A DNA stretch of 64,000 nucleotides, from assembly GCA_963722335.1 (NCBI GenBank), contig CAVRKY010000004.1, forward strand, positions 185,590 through 249,589, in the 5' to 3' direction. How positions within the stretch are numbered: the first letter of the stretch is position 1; each line of letters begins with the position of its first letter. The notes under the pieces were generated by a model. The model made no database searches, was not told where the DNA came from, and saw only the letters and a program-made list of their open reading frames with translations. The stretch is from an uncultured Holophagaceae bacterium (GTDB taxonomy: Bacteria > Acidobacteriota > Holophagae > Holophagales > Holophagaceae). Made by a program: the position numbers and the translations under genes. This document shows positions 27,718 to 37,797 of the stretch, one piece after another.

Positions 27718-28269
27718 TCAGTGGCCCTTTTCGCTTTGAAGCACCCTCCCATGCATCTCAGTCGTGAGGGTTTCGATGCGTTGGCTGAGGTCCCGGACGA
27801 TTTCGGTCAATTTCGTATTCTGCTGGAGCAACTCCATCATGTCGGCCGTTTGCCGCGCAGCTAGGTTTTGGCGCTCGGTGGCGGCCAGTGCCAGAGCTTC
27901 GCGGTGCTGTGCATCGGCATCCGCGTGGACCTTGTCCCGGTCCGCCTGACGGGTCTGAGCCAACAGGATGAGGGGGGCTGCATAGGCGGCCTGGAGGCTG
28001 AAGGCCAGGTTCAGAAGGATGAATGGGTAAACATCGAATTTGGTGAGGCCGAACACGTTCAGCCCAATCCAGATCGCGACCACAACGGTCTGGGCAACGA
28101 GGAAGACTGGCGTGCCGAAGAATCGGGCGAAACGTTCCGCCTTCAGTGCAAACCAGTCGTCCCCAAACACCGAGGTGAGGTGAAGGTGTGGCGCGTGAAA
28201 ACGAAAATAGTGATTGCTGGGCTTATCGGCCGAGGGCGTAACTTGGGTCGGGGTTGGGAGGTTTGTCAT
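27718..28269 (-). CDS. DUF1003-family membrane protein
   Basis: ARFFGTP.F, FDVYPFILLNLAFSLQAAYAAPLILLAQ; GC visibly lower than flanks; GGAG RBS. Confidence 0.85.
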   Translation of the reverse strand: MTNLPTPTQVTPSADKPSNHYFRFHAPHLHLTSVFGDDWFALKAERFARFFGTPVFLVAQTVVVAIWIGLNVFGLTKFDVYPFILLNLAFSLQAAYAAPLILLAQTRQADRDKVHADADAQHREALALAATERQNLAARQTADMMELLQQNTKLTEIVRDLSQRIETLTTEMHGRVLQSEKGH

Positions 28270-28333
28270 GATCTTCTCCATGCCAAGGTTTAACACTGCA
28301 ACTTTAACGCATAGGCCACGGTTCCAAACGACG

Positions 28334-28480
28334 TTTGCAGCGGATGGGTCGACGGACACTACCTTCGGCAGCGGGGGGTGCACCATCACGCCCATTGGAA
28401 CCTTGGGGGATGAGGTTTGGAATCCAGTCCTGCAGGCCAACGGGGACCTGGTGGCCTGCGGAGGTGCCATGGAGGGAGGT
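28334..28480 (+). pseudogene. Orphan delta-60 (beta-propeller) repeat fragment
   Basis: DGSTDTTFGSGG...VLQANGDLVACG matches the DG.LD.TFG.GG...LQ.DGKIV..G repeat; no intact host gene. Confidence 0.5.
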
Positions 28481-28557
28481 GGTCGAAACCTCGGCCCGGG
28501 TCGCTGGAGTCACTTTCAGCGTCATGGCGCGAAAAGCTCACCCGCTTAAGGCACAAG

Positions 28558-28590
28558 AAAAAAGCCATGAAACTGTTAGGTTTCAAGGCT
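28558..28590 (-). terminator. Hairpin plus U-tract downstream of tRNA-Phe
   Basis: Minus strand AGCCTTGAAAC-CTAACA-GTTTCATGGCT-TTTTT. Confidence 0.6.
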
Positions 28591-28597
28591 CTTCTTC

Positions 28598-28673
28598 TGG
28601 TGCCCAGAGACGGATTTGAACCGCCGACACATGGATTTTCAGTCCATTGCTCTACCAACTGAGCTATCCGGGC
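28598..28673 (-). tRNA. tRNA-Phe (GAA)
   Basis: GCCCGGATAGCTCAGTTGGTAGAGCAATGGACTGAAAATCCATGTGTCGGCGGTTCAAATCCGTCTCTGGGCACCA; 76 nt with encoded CCA. Confidence 0.97.
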
Positions 28674-28761
28674 CAAGGGTTCCATCCTACCAGGGCGATG
28701 CGCATTTTCAAGTGCGCAGGCGGGCCGGGTCGGGCATTCTATTAGATCCGGAGTCATCGGC

Positions 28762-29448
28762 ATGGTTTCCCATAGCAAAGACAAGATCATCCAGGTGCAA
28801 AAACCCGCCCAGAGCCTCCAGGCTTTCCAGAAGCAGGTGGTGTCGGGGCAGGACGCGCGTGTGGGATACCTGAAGCCGCTGCTCATCGGCGCCGGGATCG
28901 CGGTGGTGGTCGTGGGCGGTTTCTTCGCCATCCAGGCGGTGCGGGCCGGCACCCGGGAGAAGCACCAGGAGGCGGTGGCGGACCTGCTGGGGGAACTGGG
29001 CGTCACGCCGGGCGCCACCAACGCCCCGCCGCCCGCGGACCTGGAGCAGCGCATGCGGGACCGGTTGCCGCGCCTGGAAAGCCTGGCGCGCAACGCGCCC
29101 GCCGGGGAACGGTCGTGCACCGAAGGGCTGCTGGCCACCTGGCGCACGGAACTGGGGGTGCCCGGGGGCACGACGCCCGCCGCCCCCACCGAGGCCTGGG
29201 GCAAGCTGCGCCTGGCCCAGAAGCAGGTGGCCCTGGGGCAGGGGCCGGAAGCCGCCGCCACCCTGGCTCCCCTGCGGGGCACGGCCGGCCCCGACCAGGA
29301 CTGGGCCGCCGCCTACTGGTCCACCCTGCTGGACGCGGACCGGCTGCAGGGCAACCGGGACCAGGCCTGGAAGGACCTGGCGGAATACAAGGCCAGGTTC
29401 AAGGGCCAGGCGGACCCCAGCCTGGACCGGATGCTGGCCGGAGCCTGA
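28762..29448 (+). CDS. Single-TM membrane protein with TPR-like helical domain (YfgM-like)
   Basis: One TM segment ([18 protein letters not shown]) followed by helical repeats. Confidence 0.6.
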   Translation: MVSHSKDKIIQVQKPAQSLQAFQKQVVSGQDARVGYLKPLLIGAGIAVVVVGGFFAIQAVRAGTREKHQEAVADLLGELGVTPGATNAPPPADLEQRMRDRLPRLESLARNAPAGERSCTEGLLATWRTELGVPGGTTPAAPTEAWGKLRLAQKQVALGQGPEAAATLAPLRGTAGPDQDWAAAYWSTLLDADRLQGNRDQAWKDLAEYKARFKGQADPSLDRMLAGA

Positions 29449-29479
29449 TGGGCCCTGCCCGCCCGGACGAGGACGCGCC

Positions 29480-30780
29480 ATGCGCATGTACGACCTCATC
29501 TACACCAAGAAGACCGGGCGGGCGCCTGAGCCCTGAGGAGATCGCCTTCTGGGTGGAGGGAGTGACCGGGGGCACCGTGCCGGACGAACAGAGCGCGGCG
29601 CTGCTCATGGCCATCTGCTGGCGGGGCATGGACACCCGCGGAGACCCTGGCCCTCACCCTGGCCATGCGGGACTCGGGCGCGCGCATGGACCTTTCCGGG
29701 GTGCCCGGAGTGAAGGTGGACAAGCACTCCACCGGCGGCGTGGGGGACAAGACCACCCTGATCCTGGGGCCCATCGTGGCCGCCTGCGGGGTGCCCTGCG
29801 CCATGCTCAGCGGGCGGGGCCTGGGGCACACCGGAGGCACCGTGGACAAGTACGCGGCCATCCCGGGGCTGCGGGTGGACCTGGACCCGGATGCGTTCCG
29901 GGCCAGCCTGCGCGCCACCGGGTTCAGCCAACAGCGCCCAGACCGCGGACATCTGCCCGGCGGACCGCAAGCTCTACGCCCTGCGGGACGTGACTGCCAC
30001 CGTGGAGTCCATCCCCCTCATCACCGCCAGCATCATGGCCAAGAAGCTGGCCGGGCGGCGCCGACGCCCTGGTGCTGGACGTGAAATGCGGCGACGGCGC
30101 CTTCATGAAGACCCTGGAGGACGCCCGGGCCCTGGCCCGGGCCATGGAGGCCGTTGGACGGGCCAACGGCCTGCGGGTCAAGGCCCTCATCACCCGCATG
30201 GAGGAGCCCCTGGGCTGGGCCATCGGCAATGCCCTGGAGGTCATGGAGGCGGTGGAGATCCTGAAGGGACGGCACGGGGATACGCGCCCTGGCCCGGATG
30301 AGCTTCCGCCTGGCGGCGGAGATGCTGGTCCTGGGCGGCGCCGCGGCCACGCTTCCGGCGGCCGAGGCCCGGGTGGCGGCGGCGGTGGCCGGGGGTGACG
30401 CCATGCGCACCTTCCGCGCCTGGGTGGCGGCCAACGGGGGCAACCCGGAGGCCCTGGACGATTTCAGCCTGCTGCCGGGCAGCCGGCGCACCGTGGCCGT
30501 TCTGGCCCCGCAGGGCGGCTATGTGCAAGGCATCCGGGGACGCGACCTGGGGGTGCTGGCCATGGAGCTGGGGGCGGGACGGCTCAGCCAGGACGACGTG
30601 CTGGACCCGGGCGTGGGCATCCGGGTGGAGGTGCGGGTGGGGCAGAAGGTGGAAGCGGGCCAGAAGCTGCTCACCCTGTACTGCAACGACCGCGAGCCCA
30701 GGCCCCTGCCGGCGGGCTGGATCACCCTGGGCCCGGAGCCCCGGGAAAGCCCGCCCTGGCTGCTGGAGAGCCTCGACTGA
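29480..30780 (+). pseudogene. pdp: Pyrimidine-nucleoside/thymidine phosphorylase, broken by five +1 frameshifts (possibly sequencing error)
   Basis: [44 protein letters not shown] and LGAGR occur in successive frames. Confidence 0.8.
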
Positions 30781-30808
30781 CGCTGTAGGATTGAAGCCGA
30801 GGTGCTGC

Positions 30809-32275
30809 ATGGCCCAGGATTTCCAGACCTTCCTCAAGAAATTGGAAGCGGGCGGCGACCTGAAGCGGGTGGCTGTGGAAGTGGATCCGTTCCTGGAGGC
30901 CGGGGCCATCGCGGACCGAATGGCCAAGCAGCCGGGAGGAGGCCAGGCCCTGCGCTTCGACCGGATCAAGGGTGCCACCATGCCGGTGGTGATGAACGTG
31001 TTCGGCAGCGCCCGGCGCATGGCCATGGCCCTGGGAGTGGACCAGGATCCAGCCGGCCTGGACGCGGTGGCGGCCCGCATCGAGAACCTGATCCAGGAAG
31101 TCATGCCCAAACCGGGCGCCGGGCTGCTGGAGAAGCTCAGCAAGCTGCCGCTCCTGGTGGAGGTGGCGGGGTGGATGCCCAGGACCGTGCGCCGGGGCCT
31201 GTGCCAGGACGTGGTCTGGCGCGGCGCCGAGGCGCGCCTCTCCCGCCTGCCGGTGCTCACCACCTGGCCCGAGGACGGCGGGCCCTTCATCACCCTGGGC
31301 CTGAGCCACGTGCGCTTCCGCAGCGGGCAGCGGAACATGGGCCTGTACCGCCTGCAGGTCTACGACGACCACACCCTGGGCTTCCATACCCAGCTGCACC
31401 ACGACGGCGCCCGGGCCCGCCACGGCTATGCCCCCGGGGAGCGCATGCCGGTGGCGGTGAGCTTCGGCGGCGACCCGGCCCTCACCTACGCCGCCACCGC
31501 GCCCCTGCCGCCTTTCATCCCGGAGATCCTGTTCACCGGCTTCCTGCGCGGGGAAGGGGTGGAGATGGTGCGCTGCGTCAGCAACGACCTGGAGGTTCCG
31601 GCGGACTCGGAGCTGGTCATCGAAGGCTGGGTGGACCCGGGCGAGCTGCGCCGGGAGGGGCCGTTCGGGGACCACACCGGCTACTACTCCCTGGCGGACG
31701 ACTACCCGGTGCTGCACGTGGAGGCCATCACCCACCGCAGGGATCCGGTCTACCCCGCCACCATCGTCGGCCGGCCGCCCCAGGAGGACGCCTACCTGGG
31801 CCTGGCCACCGAGCGCATCTTCCTGCCCCTGCTGCGCATGGTCCTGCCGGAGGTGGTGGACATGCACCTGCCCCCGGCGGGCGGCTTCCACAACCTGGTG
31901 ATCCTGGCCATCCGCAAGGCCTTCCCTGGCCATGCCCAGAAGGTCATGAACGCCATCTGGGGCACCGGCCAGATGATGTTCAGCAAGGCCATCGTGGTGG
32001 TGGACCAGGACATCGACCCCCACGACCTGCAGGAGGTGCTGTTCCGGGTCACCAGCAACGTGGACCCGCGCCGGGACCTGCTGTTCACCGACGGGCCCCT
32101 GGACGTGCTGGACCACAGCAGCGACCGGTTCGCCTTCGGCAGCAAGGTGGGCATCGACGCCACCCGCAAGAGCCGCACGCTGGACGCCTTCCCCCGGGAG
32201 TGGCCCCGGGACCTGGTGTTCCCGGACCCGATCCTGGAACGGATCAGCAGCCGCTGGAAGGAATACGGTTTATAG
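30809..32275 (+). CDS. UbiD-family decarboxylase (menaquinone-biosynthesis type)
   Basis: WPEDGGPFIT, NMGLYRLQ, EGPFGDHTGYY, GPLDVLDH, GSKVGIDAT. Confidence 0.88.
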   Translation: MAQDFQTFLKKLEAGGDLKRVAVEVDPFLEAGAIADRMAKQPGGGQALRFDRIKGATMPVVMNVFGSARRMAMALGVDQDPAGLDAVAARIENLIQEVMPKPGAGLLEKLSKLPLLVEVAGWMPRTVRRGLCQDVVWRGAEARLSRLPVLTTWPEDGGPFITLGLSHVRFRSGQRNMGLYRLQVYDDHTLGFHTQLHHDGARARHGYAPGERMPVAVSFGGDPALTYAATAPLPPFIPEILFTGFLRGEGVEMVRCVSNDLEVPADSELVIEGWVDPGELRREGPFGDHTGYYSLADDYPVLHVEAITHRRDPVYPATIVGRPPQEDAYLGLATERIFLPLLRMVLPEVVDMHLPPAGGFHNLVILAIRKAFPGHAQKVMNAIWGTGQMMFSKAIVVVDQDIDPHDLQEVLFRVTSNVDPRRDLLFTDGPLDVLDHSSDRFAFGSKVGIDATRKSRTLDAFPREWPRDLVFPDPILERISSRWKEYGL

Positions 32276-32279
32276 GGGC

Positions 32280-32295
32280 TGTTCCACGTGGAACA
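32280..32295. promoter_or_regulatory. parS centromere-like site
   Basis: Perfect palindrome TGTTCCACGTGGAACA between convergent genes. Confidence 0.85.
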
Positions 32296-32301
32296 GCCGG
32301 C

Positions 32302-34068
32302 TCACTGGACGTCCGTCACCTTGCCGTCCTGGTAGGTGACTTTGAGGCTGGGGTAGACCTCGATCTGCCTGGCCCCCATATCGGCCGCCTGCTTGGGTGC
32401 GCCCAGGATCCGGTGCACCTCGTCCGGCGTCATGCCCAAAGTAACGGTCTGGGGAGAGGTGGCCGGCGGACCCTGGGTGCCGCCCTGGGCCAGCGTCCCC
32501 TGTCCGGACTGGCTGGCCTGTTCGGCCGTCTGGTTCAACTCCGCGGCGGCGTTGGGGTCCGGCTGCACCCCGCCCAGGTAGGGCGCATTGCTCATGCCCA
32601 GGTTCTGGGGCGGAACCGCAGGCAGGCCGTCCTGCCCCTGCTGGGTCTGGAGGGTCTGCATGCCCTGGTCCAGGATGGCCATCATGTGGTTCTGCATTTC
32701 CTGCAGGTCCTGGAGGCTCACCGACACCATGCTCCCCGTGGGCACGCCCGGGGTGCGGCTGGCCAGCACCGACACGTTCGCGTAGGTGGCATTGGGGGCC
32801 GGGGCGCCCCTGAGCTGGAGCACGTCCCCTTCGGTGAGGTAGTATTCCAGCCCGTTCAGGTAGGCCGGCACTCCGGCATACACCATGAAGACCCGGGAGA
32901 CATTGTCGCTGAACAGGGGCGGCGCCCCGGTCGGGGCCGGGAGGTAGCCCTGGCTCGCCCCCTGCTGCTGGGCCTGCTCATCCTGGATCTGCCGGCGCAC
33001 CTCGTCGGCGATGGCCTGCTGCGCGGCCGGGCTCATTTCCCCCGGGGGGGGCGGCGGCGGTGGAGCGGCGCAGTCCTGACGATTCTCATAGGCCTCCTGG
33101 AAGGTGACGGACAGGCAGAAGTCCGCGAGCCAGAACACTGGGCTCACGTAGTACGGGTAGGGGTGCCAGTAGCCCCGGCAGTAGAAGAACCACGGATCGC
33201 CGCCCCAGCCCCACCCGTAGTGGACCGGCTGGCGCCACGGCTGGCAGGACCAGGCGTAGTACCCGGGCCGGTAGAAGCGGCTGGGCTGGTACACCTGGTA
33301 GGTGACCCCATGGTAAGGCCACGGCCGGTAGACACGGGCGACGGTGACGCCCCTGGACACGTAGGTGCGCTGCACGAACGCCTGGCCCTGGACGTTCAGG
33401 GGGCGCTGGACGTAACCCACCCGCCCGCCGGGGCTGGCCACCAGCACCCGACCGTCAGGGCGGGCCACTTCCACCCGGCGCACGCCGTCGGGCGCGTAAT
33501 GGATCACCGCCCCGGTGGGGGTGCGCACTTCCCGCACCACGCCCCCCGGTCCCCGGTGGATCTCGCCGCCGCCCGGAGTATGGGTGATGGTCACGGGCGG
33601 CGGGGTCACCTTGGGCGGATGGCCGGCATAGGGGCCAGGCGCTGGCCTCTGGGGGTTGGCTTGGAGGTGCGGGGAGGGATTGGCGGGCTGGGCCTGCTGG
33701 GGGCTGCCTTGGGGGCGGGGGGAGGGATTGGCCGGCCCAGCCTGTCCGGGGGCGGGCTGGGGGGCCTTCGGCTGGTACGGCGCGCGCTTTGTTTCCGGGG
33801 CAGCCTGCCCGGCGGGCTGGGATCCCTGGGTCGAGGCGGGGTGTTGCTGGGCCGGCTTGGCTTCCGGGGAGGGGCGGGCCGGCTCTTCCCGCGGAGCCGC
33901 CTTCGGAGCCTCCCGAGGCGCTTCCGGGTGCCCCCGGGACGGTTCTTCCCTGGGCCGCTCCTGGCCCTGGGCAGCGGCGGGCCAGCCCATCGCCAGGGCC
34001 AAGGCCAATCCCATACCGCCCGTGATGGCGGTCGTTCGCTTGCACCGAGGAATCAAGGGTCCCTCCAT
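32302..34068 (-). CDS. Secreted Pro/Gln-rich protein with a Tyr/Trp-rich central region
   Basis: Signal-like N-terminus, long Pro-rich linker, YGWGWGGDPW region, C-terminal LGMTPDEVHRILGAP (SmpA/OmlA-like). Start uncertain. Confidence 0.7.
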   Translation of the reverse strand: MEGPLIPRCKRTTAITGGMGLALALAMGWPAAAQGQERPREEPSRGHPEAPREAPKAAPREEPARPSPEAKPAQQHPASTQGSQPAGQAAPETKRAPYQPKAPQPAPGQAGPANPSPRPQGSPQQAQPANPSPHLQANPQRPAPGPYAGHPPKVTPPPVTITHTPGGGEIHRGPGGVVREVRTPTGAVIHYAPDGVRRVEVARPDGRVLVASPGGRVGYVQRPLNVQGQAFVQRTYVSRGVTVARVYRPWPYHGVTYQVYQPSRFYRPGYYAWSCQPWRQPVHYGWGWGGDPWFFYCRGYWHPYPYYVSPVFWLADFCLSVTFQEAYENRQDCAAPPPPPPPGEMSPAAQQAIADEVRRQIQDEQAQQQGASQGYLPAPTGAPPLFSDNVSRVFMVYAGVPAYLNGLEYYLTEGDVLQLRGAPAPNATYANVSVLASRTPGVPTGSMVSVSLQDLQEMQNHMMAILDQGMQTLQTQQGQDGLPAVPPQNLGMSNAPYLGGVQPDPNAAAELNQTAEQASQSGQGTLAQGGTQGPPATSPQTVTLGMTPDEVHRILGAPKQAADMGARQIEVYPSLKVTYQDGKVTDVQ

Positions 34069-34098
34069 GGGTCACGGATCGGGGCAACGGACCCCTGG

Positions 34099-34977
34099 TC
34101 ACGCTCGTAGGTTTATACCAGCGGCCCATTCCGTCAACATCTGGACCAGCACGTTGCCCGCCACCACCCGGCGGTAGTGGGCCGTGGAGCGGATGTCGTC
34201 GATGGGGCTCAGGTCGCCCATGAGCGCCTCCCGGGCGGCGGCCAGGGGCAGGGCGGCCAGGGGCCGGCCCAGGATGGCCGCCTCGGCGCCCCGGGCCCGG
34301 CAGGGCACCGGGGCCACGCTGCCCAGGCCCACCCGGAACTCCCGCACCAGGCCGGCCTCCACCCGGGCGAAGGCGGCCAGGCAGACCTTGGACACCGCCT
34401 GGGCCGCCCGGGTGCCCACCTTGCGGAAGAAATGGTAGCCGGGCCCGGGGCAGGGCACCCTGACCCGGGTGAGCAGCTCGTCCGGAGCCATGACGGTGCG
34501 CTTGTAGCCGGTATGGAAGCCCTCGTACGGCACCCACCGGGCGCCCCGCACCGAGGTGAGCTCCACCTGGGCGCCGTACGCCAGCAGGCTGGGGGGAGTG
34601 TCGGCGGCGGGGCTGCCGTTCACCAGGTTGCCGCCCAGGGTGCCCCGGTTCTGGATGGCCACCGCCCCGGTGACCAGGGCGCTCTGCACCAGGTTGGGCA
34701 GGTGCCGCTGCACGTACGGGTGGCTGCGCACCTGGGTGTAGGTGGCCAGGGCGCCCAGGGTGATGCCCTGGGGGTCCGGTTCCAGGGCGCGCAGGGCCTC
34801 CAGGCGGTGCAGGCTGAGGAACCGGGTGTCCGGCAGGCGCCCGGCGGCGAAGGGCACCATGAGGTCGGTGCCTCCGGCCAGGGGCCGCCAGGTCCCGGGC
34901 TCCCGGCTGAGCAGGTCCAGGGCCTCGTCCAGGGACCCGGGCGCGGTCACTTGGCAGTTGGGGACGTCGCCTCTCAT
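34099..34977 (-). CDS. Xanthine dehydrogenase family FAD-binding subunit
   Basis: PLAGGTDL, IQNRGTLGGN, SPAAD, PIDDIRSTAHYR. Confidence 0.9.
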   Translation of the reverse strand: MRGDVPNCQVTAPGSLDEALDLLSREPGTWRPLAGGTDLMVPFAAGRLPDTRFLSLHRLEALRALEPDPQGITLGALATYTQVRSHPYVQRHLPNLVQSALVTGAVAIQNRGTLGGNLVNGSPAADTPPSLLAYGAQVELTSVRGARWVPYEGFHTGYKRTVMAPDELLTRVRVPCPGPGYHFFRKVGTRAAQAVSKVCLAAFARVEAGLVREFRVGLGSVAPVPCRARGAEAAILGRPLAALPLAAAREALMGDLSPIDDIRSTAHYRRVVAGNVLVQMLTEWAAGINLRA

Positions 34978-35465
34978 GGGCGTTCCTCCGGCCCGGGCGC
35001 CTCCCGGGCGGCGGCCGCCAGCACCGCGTCCACGATCTTCACGTAGCCGGTGCACCGGCAGATGTTTCCGGCCAGCCCGGCGCGCACCGCCGCCTCGTCC
35101 GGATGGGGGCAGCGCCCCAGCAGGTCGGTGGCCGCCAGCACCATGCCCGGGGTGCAGAAGCCGCACTGGGCCCCGTTGCAGGCCAGGAAGGCGCGCTGCA
35201 GCGGGTTCAGCTCCCCGTCCCGGTCCAGCCCCTCGATGGTGAGCAGGCTCTGGCCCTGGGCCTGGACGGCCGGCACCAGGCAGCTGTTCACCAGCTGGCC
35301 GCCCAGGAGCACCGAGCAGGCGCCGCACTCCCCCTCCCCGCAGCCTTCCTTGGTGCCGGTGAGGCCCAGGTCCTCCCGCAGCACGTCCAGGAGCCGGGCC
35401 ATGGGATGGACCTCCAGCGAGCGGGGCGTCCCGTTCACGGTCAGCTCGAGCCGGATCTTAGTCAT
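34974..35465 (-). CDS. Xanthine dehydrogenase family (2Fe-2S) subunit
   Basis: GCGEGECGAC, QCGFCTPG, NICRCTGY. Confidence 0.93.
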   Translation of the reverse strand: MTKIRLELTVNGTPRSLEVHPMARLLDVLREDLGLTGTKEGCGEGECGACSVLLGGQLVNSCLVPAVQAQGQSLLTIEGLDRDGELNPLQRAFLACNGAQCGFCTPGMVLAATDLLGRCPHPDEAAVRAGLAGNICRCTGYVKIVDAVLAAAAREAPGPEERP

Positions 35466-37713
35466 GGTCGGCCTCCACCGCTGCCAGCAGCCGCTCGGGG
35501 GTCATGGGCACCTCCCGCAGCCCCTGGAGCCCCAGGGCGTTCGCCACCGCCGCCAGCACCGCCGGGGCCGGCCCGTCCATGGGCAGTTCCCCCAGCCCCT
35601 TGGCCCCGCCGGGACCCAGGGCATAGGGGTTGTTCTCCTCGAACTGGACCCGGATCCGGGGCAGGTCCTGGGCGGTGGCGACGATGTAGTTGGTCATCTG
35701 GTTGTTGACCATGCGCCCCCGGTCCCACTCCACCTTCTCCCACAGGGCCCAGCCGATGCCCTGGGCGACCCCGCCCTCGATCTGCCCCGCCGCCAGGACC
35801 GGGTTGATCACCCGGCCCACCTCCTGGCGGGCCACGAAGTCCTCCACCAGCACCTCCCAGGTGGTCGTGTCCACCGCCACCCGCGCCGCATAGCACGCCC
35901 AGGCGAAAGTGGGGTAGGCGTCCCCCCGGTAGGTGGCCTCGTCCCAGACCAGGTTGGCGGGCTGCTGGTACTCCGCGTAGCAGGAGAGGCCTCCGGTGCG
36001 GGCGTGGGCCCGGCGCACCGCCTCCTGGAACGCCCCGCCCTCGCAGGGCTCCCGCAGGTGGCCGCCCTGGACGAGCATCTGCTTCAGGCCCAGGGCGGCG
36101 TCCTGCACCAGCTTGCCCACCACCATGGTGCTGCGGGAGGCCACGGTGGGCCCGCTGTTGGGCACCACCCGGGTGTCCGGGTCGGCCATGGCCACCAGGG
36201 CGGCGGGGATGCCCAGGGCCTCGCAGACGATCTGGGTGAACACGGTGCCCTTGCCCTGGCCCATTTCCGTGGAGGCCGCCAGCACCTGCACCCGCCCGTC
36301 CGGGAGCGTCCTGGCCCCGGTCACCGAGGCCAGGCGCTTCTCCCCGGAGCCGGTGAAGCCGCAGCCGTGCATGAACACCGAGAAGCCCACCCCCCGCTTC
36401 ACCGGCCCGGGGCCGGCGTTCAGGGACTGGAAAGCGGCCCGCTGCTCCGGGTAGCCCAGGTCCGCCAGGGCCCGGTCCATGAGCCCTTCCAGGTCCAGGG
36501 CCTCCGTGACCCGCTGCCCGGTGGCCATGAGGTCCCCCAGCTTGAGCAGGTTGATGCGCCGCAGGTGCACCGGGTCCAGGCCCAGGCGGGCGGCGGCCAG
36601 GTCCATGTGGCGCTCGATGGCGAACAGGCTCTGGGGCGCCCCGAAACCCCGGAAGGCGCCGTTGGGCGGGGTGTTGGTGGCCACCGCCCGGGCGCGGATG
36701 CGCACGTTGGGGCAGCGGTACGGCCCCAGGGCATGGATGGCCCCCCGGCTGAGCACCACCGGCGACAGGGTGGTGTAGGCGCCGGCGTCCAGCAGGAAGT
36801 CCGTCTCCATGGCCAGCAGCCGGCCCTGGGCGTCGAAGGCGGTGCGCAGGCGGCTGCGGGAGGGGTGGCGCTTGGTGGTGCAGGCCATGTCCTCGTCCCG
36901 GTCGTACAGGATGGTCACCGGCCGCCCGGCCTTCCAGGCCAGCAGGGCCGCGTGCCCGGCGATGATGGACGGGTAGTCCTCCTTGCCCCCGAAGGCTCCG
37001 CCGGTCTCCATCTGCAGCACCCGCACCCGGTCGCCGGGCAGGCGGAACAGGTCGGTGAGGGCCGTGTGCACGTAGTAGGGGCACTGGAGGGACCCCCGCA
37101 CCATGACGCTCGGCGGGTCCCCGTCCCAGGTCACTTCGGCGGTCATGCCGTTGGTCTCGATGTACAGCTGCTCCTGGGCGCCGGTCCGGTATTCCCCGGC
37201 CACCACGTGGGCCGCCTGGGCCCACACCGGGTCCGGGTCCCCCTTCTCGATGAGGATGTCCTTGAACACGTTGTTCCGGCCCCCCACGAGCCGGGTGCAG
37301 GCCAGGGACTCGTCCAGGTCCAGCACCGCGGGCAGCTCCTCCACCTCCACGATCACCGCCTGCCGGGCCCGCTCCAGCAGGTACCGGTCCGGGTGGGCCA
37401 GGAGCACGATGGGCTCCTCCGCATGGTTGATGAAATCCTCCGCCAGGAACGGCTGATCGGGCTCGATGGACTCCACCCGGTTGTACCAGCCCATGGCCCG
37501 CAGGTCCCCGGCGGTGACGATGGTGAACGTCTCCCAGGGCAGCCCGGGCTCGAAGCGCACGGCGCGGATCCGCCCGCACGGCACCTTGGACCGCACGGTG
37601 GCTCCCCAGATGCGCCCGGGCAGGGCCTGGTCCCCAACGTAAATGGCCTTCCCGGTGAGTTTGTCCGGCCCTTCTGTGCGCGCCACCGACCTGCCGATGC
37701 CATCCCGTGCCAT
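35458..37713 (-). CDS. Xanthine dehydrogenase family molybdopterin-binding subunit
   Basis: GGAFGGK, AFRGFG, EMGQG, GQIEGG, KGLGE. Confidence 0.92.
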   Translation of the reverse strand: MARDGIGRSVARTEGPDKLTGKAIYVGDQALPGRIWGATVRSKVPCGRIRAVRFEPGLPWETFTIVTAGDLRAMGWYNRVESIEPDQPFLAEDFINHAEEPIVLLAHPDRYLLERARQAVIVEVEELPAVLDLDESLACTRLVGGRNNVFKDILIEKGDPDPVWAQAAHVVAGEYRTGAQEQLYIETNGMTAEVTWDGDPPSVMVRGSLQCPYYVHTALTDLFRLPGDRVRVLQMETGGAFGGKEDYPSIIAGHAALLAWKAGRPVTILYDRDEDMACTTKRHPSRSRLRTAFDAQGRLLAMETDFLLDAGAYTTLSPVVLSRGAIHALGPYRCPNVRIRARAVATNTPPNGAFRGFGAPQSLFAIERHMDLAAARLGLDPVHLRRINLLKLGDLMATGQRVTEALDLEGLMDRALADLGYPEQRAAFQSLNAGPGPVKRGVGFSVFMHGCGFTGSGEKRLASVTGARTLPDGRVQVLAASTEMGQGKGTVFTQIVCEALGIPAALVAMADPDTRVVPNSGPTVASRSTMVVGKLVQDAALGLKQMLVQGGHLREPCEGGAFQEAVRRAHARTGGLSCYAEYQQPANLVWDEATYRGDAYPTFAWACYAARVAVDTTTWEVLVEDFVARQEVGRVINPVLAAGQIEGGVAQGIGWALWEKVEWDRGRMVNNQMTNYIVATAQDLPRIRVQFEENNPYALGPGGAKGLGELPMDGPAPAVLAAVANALGLQGLREVPMTPERLLAAVEADHD

Positions 37714-37765
37714 GTCCAGGACCCGTCCCATGAAAAGAGCGTGGCCCATGATCTCAGGGCTTCAT

Positions 37766-37784
37766 GAGATTGACAATTATTCTC
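37766..37784. promoter_or_regulatory. Fur-box-like site upstream of the xanthine dehydrogenase operon
   Basis: GAGATTGACAATTATTCTC matches 14/19 positions of GATAATGATAATCATTATC. Confidence 0.5.
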
Positions 37785-37797
37785 GATAGCCCTTTTT

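Noticed and set aside
29480-30780. Programmed frameshifting or phase variation in pdp
   Set aside because: No slippery sites or long repeats; uniform +1 insertions across the window fit sequencing error better.
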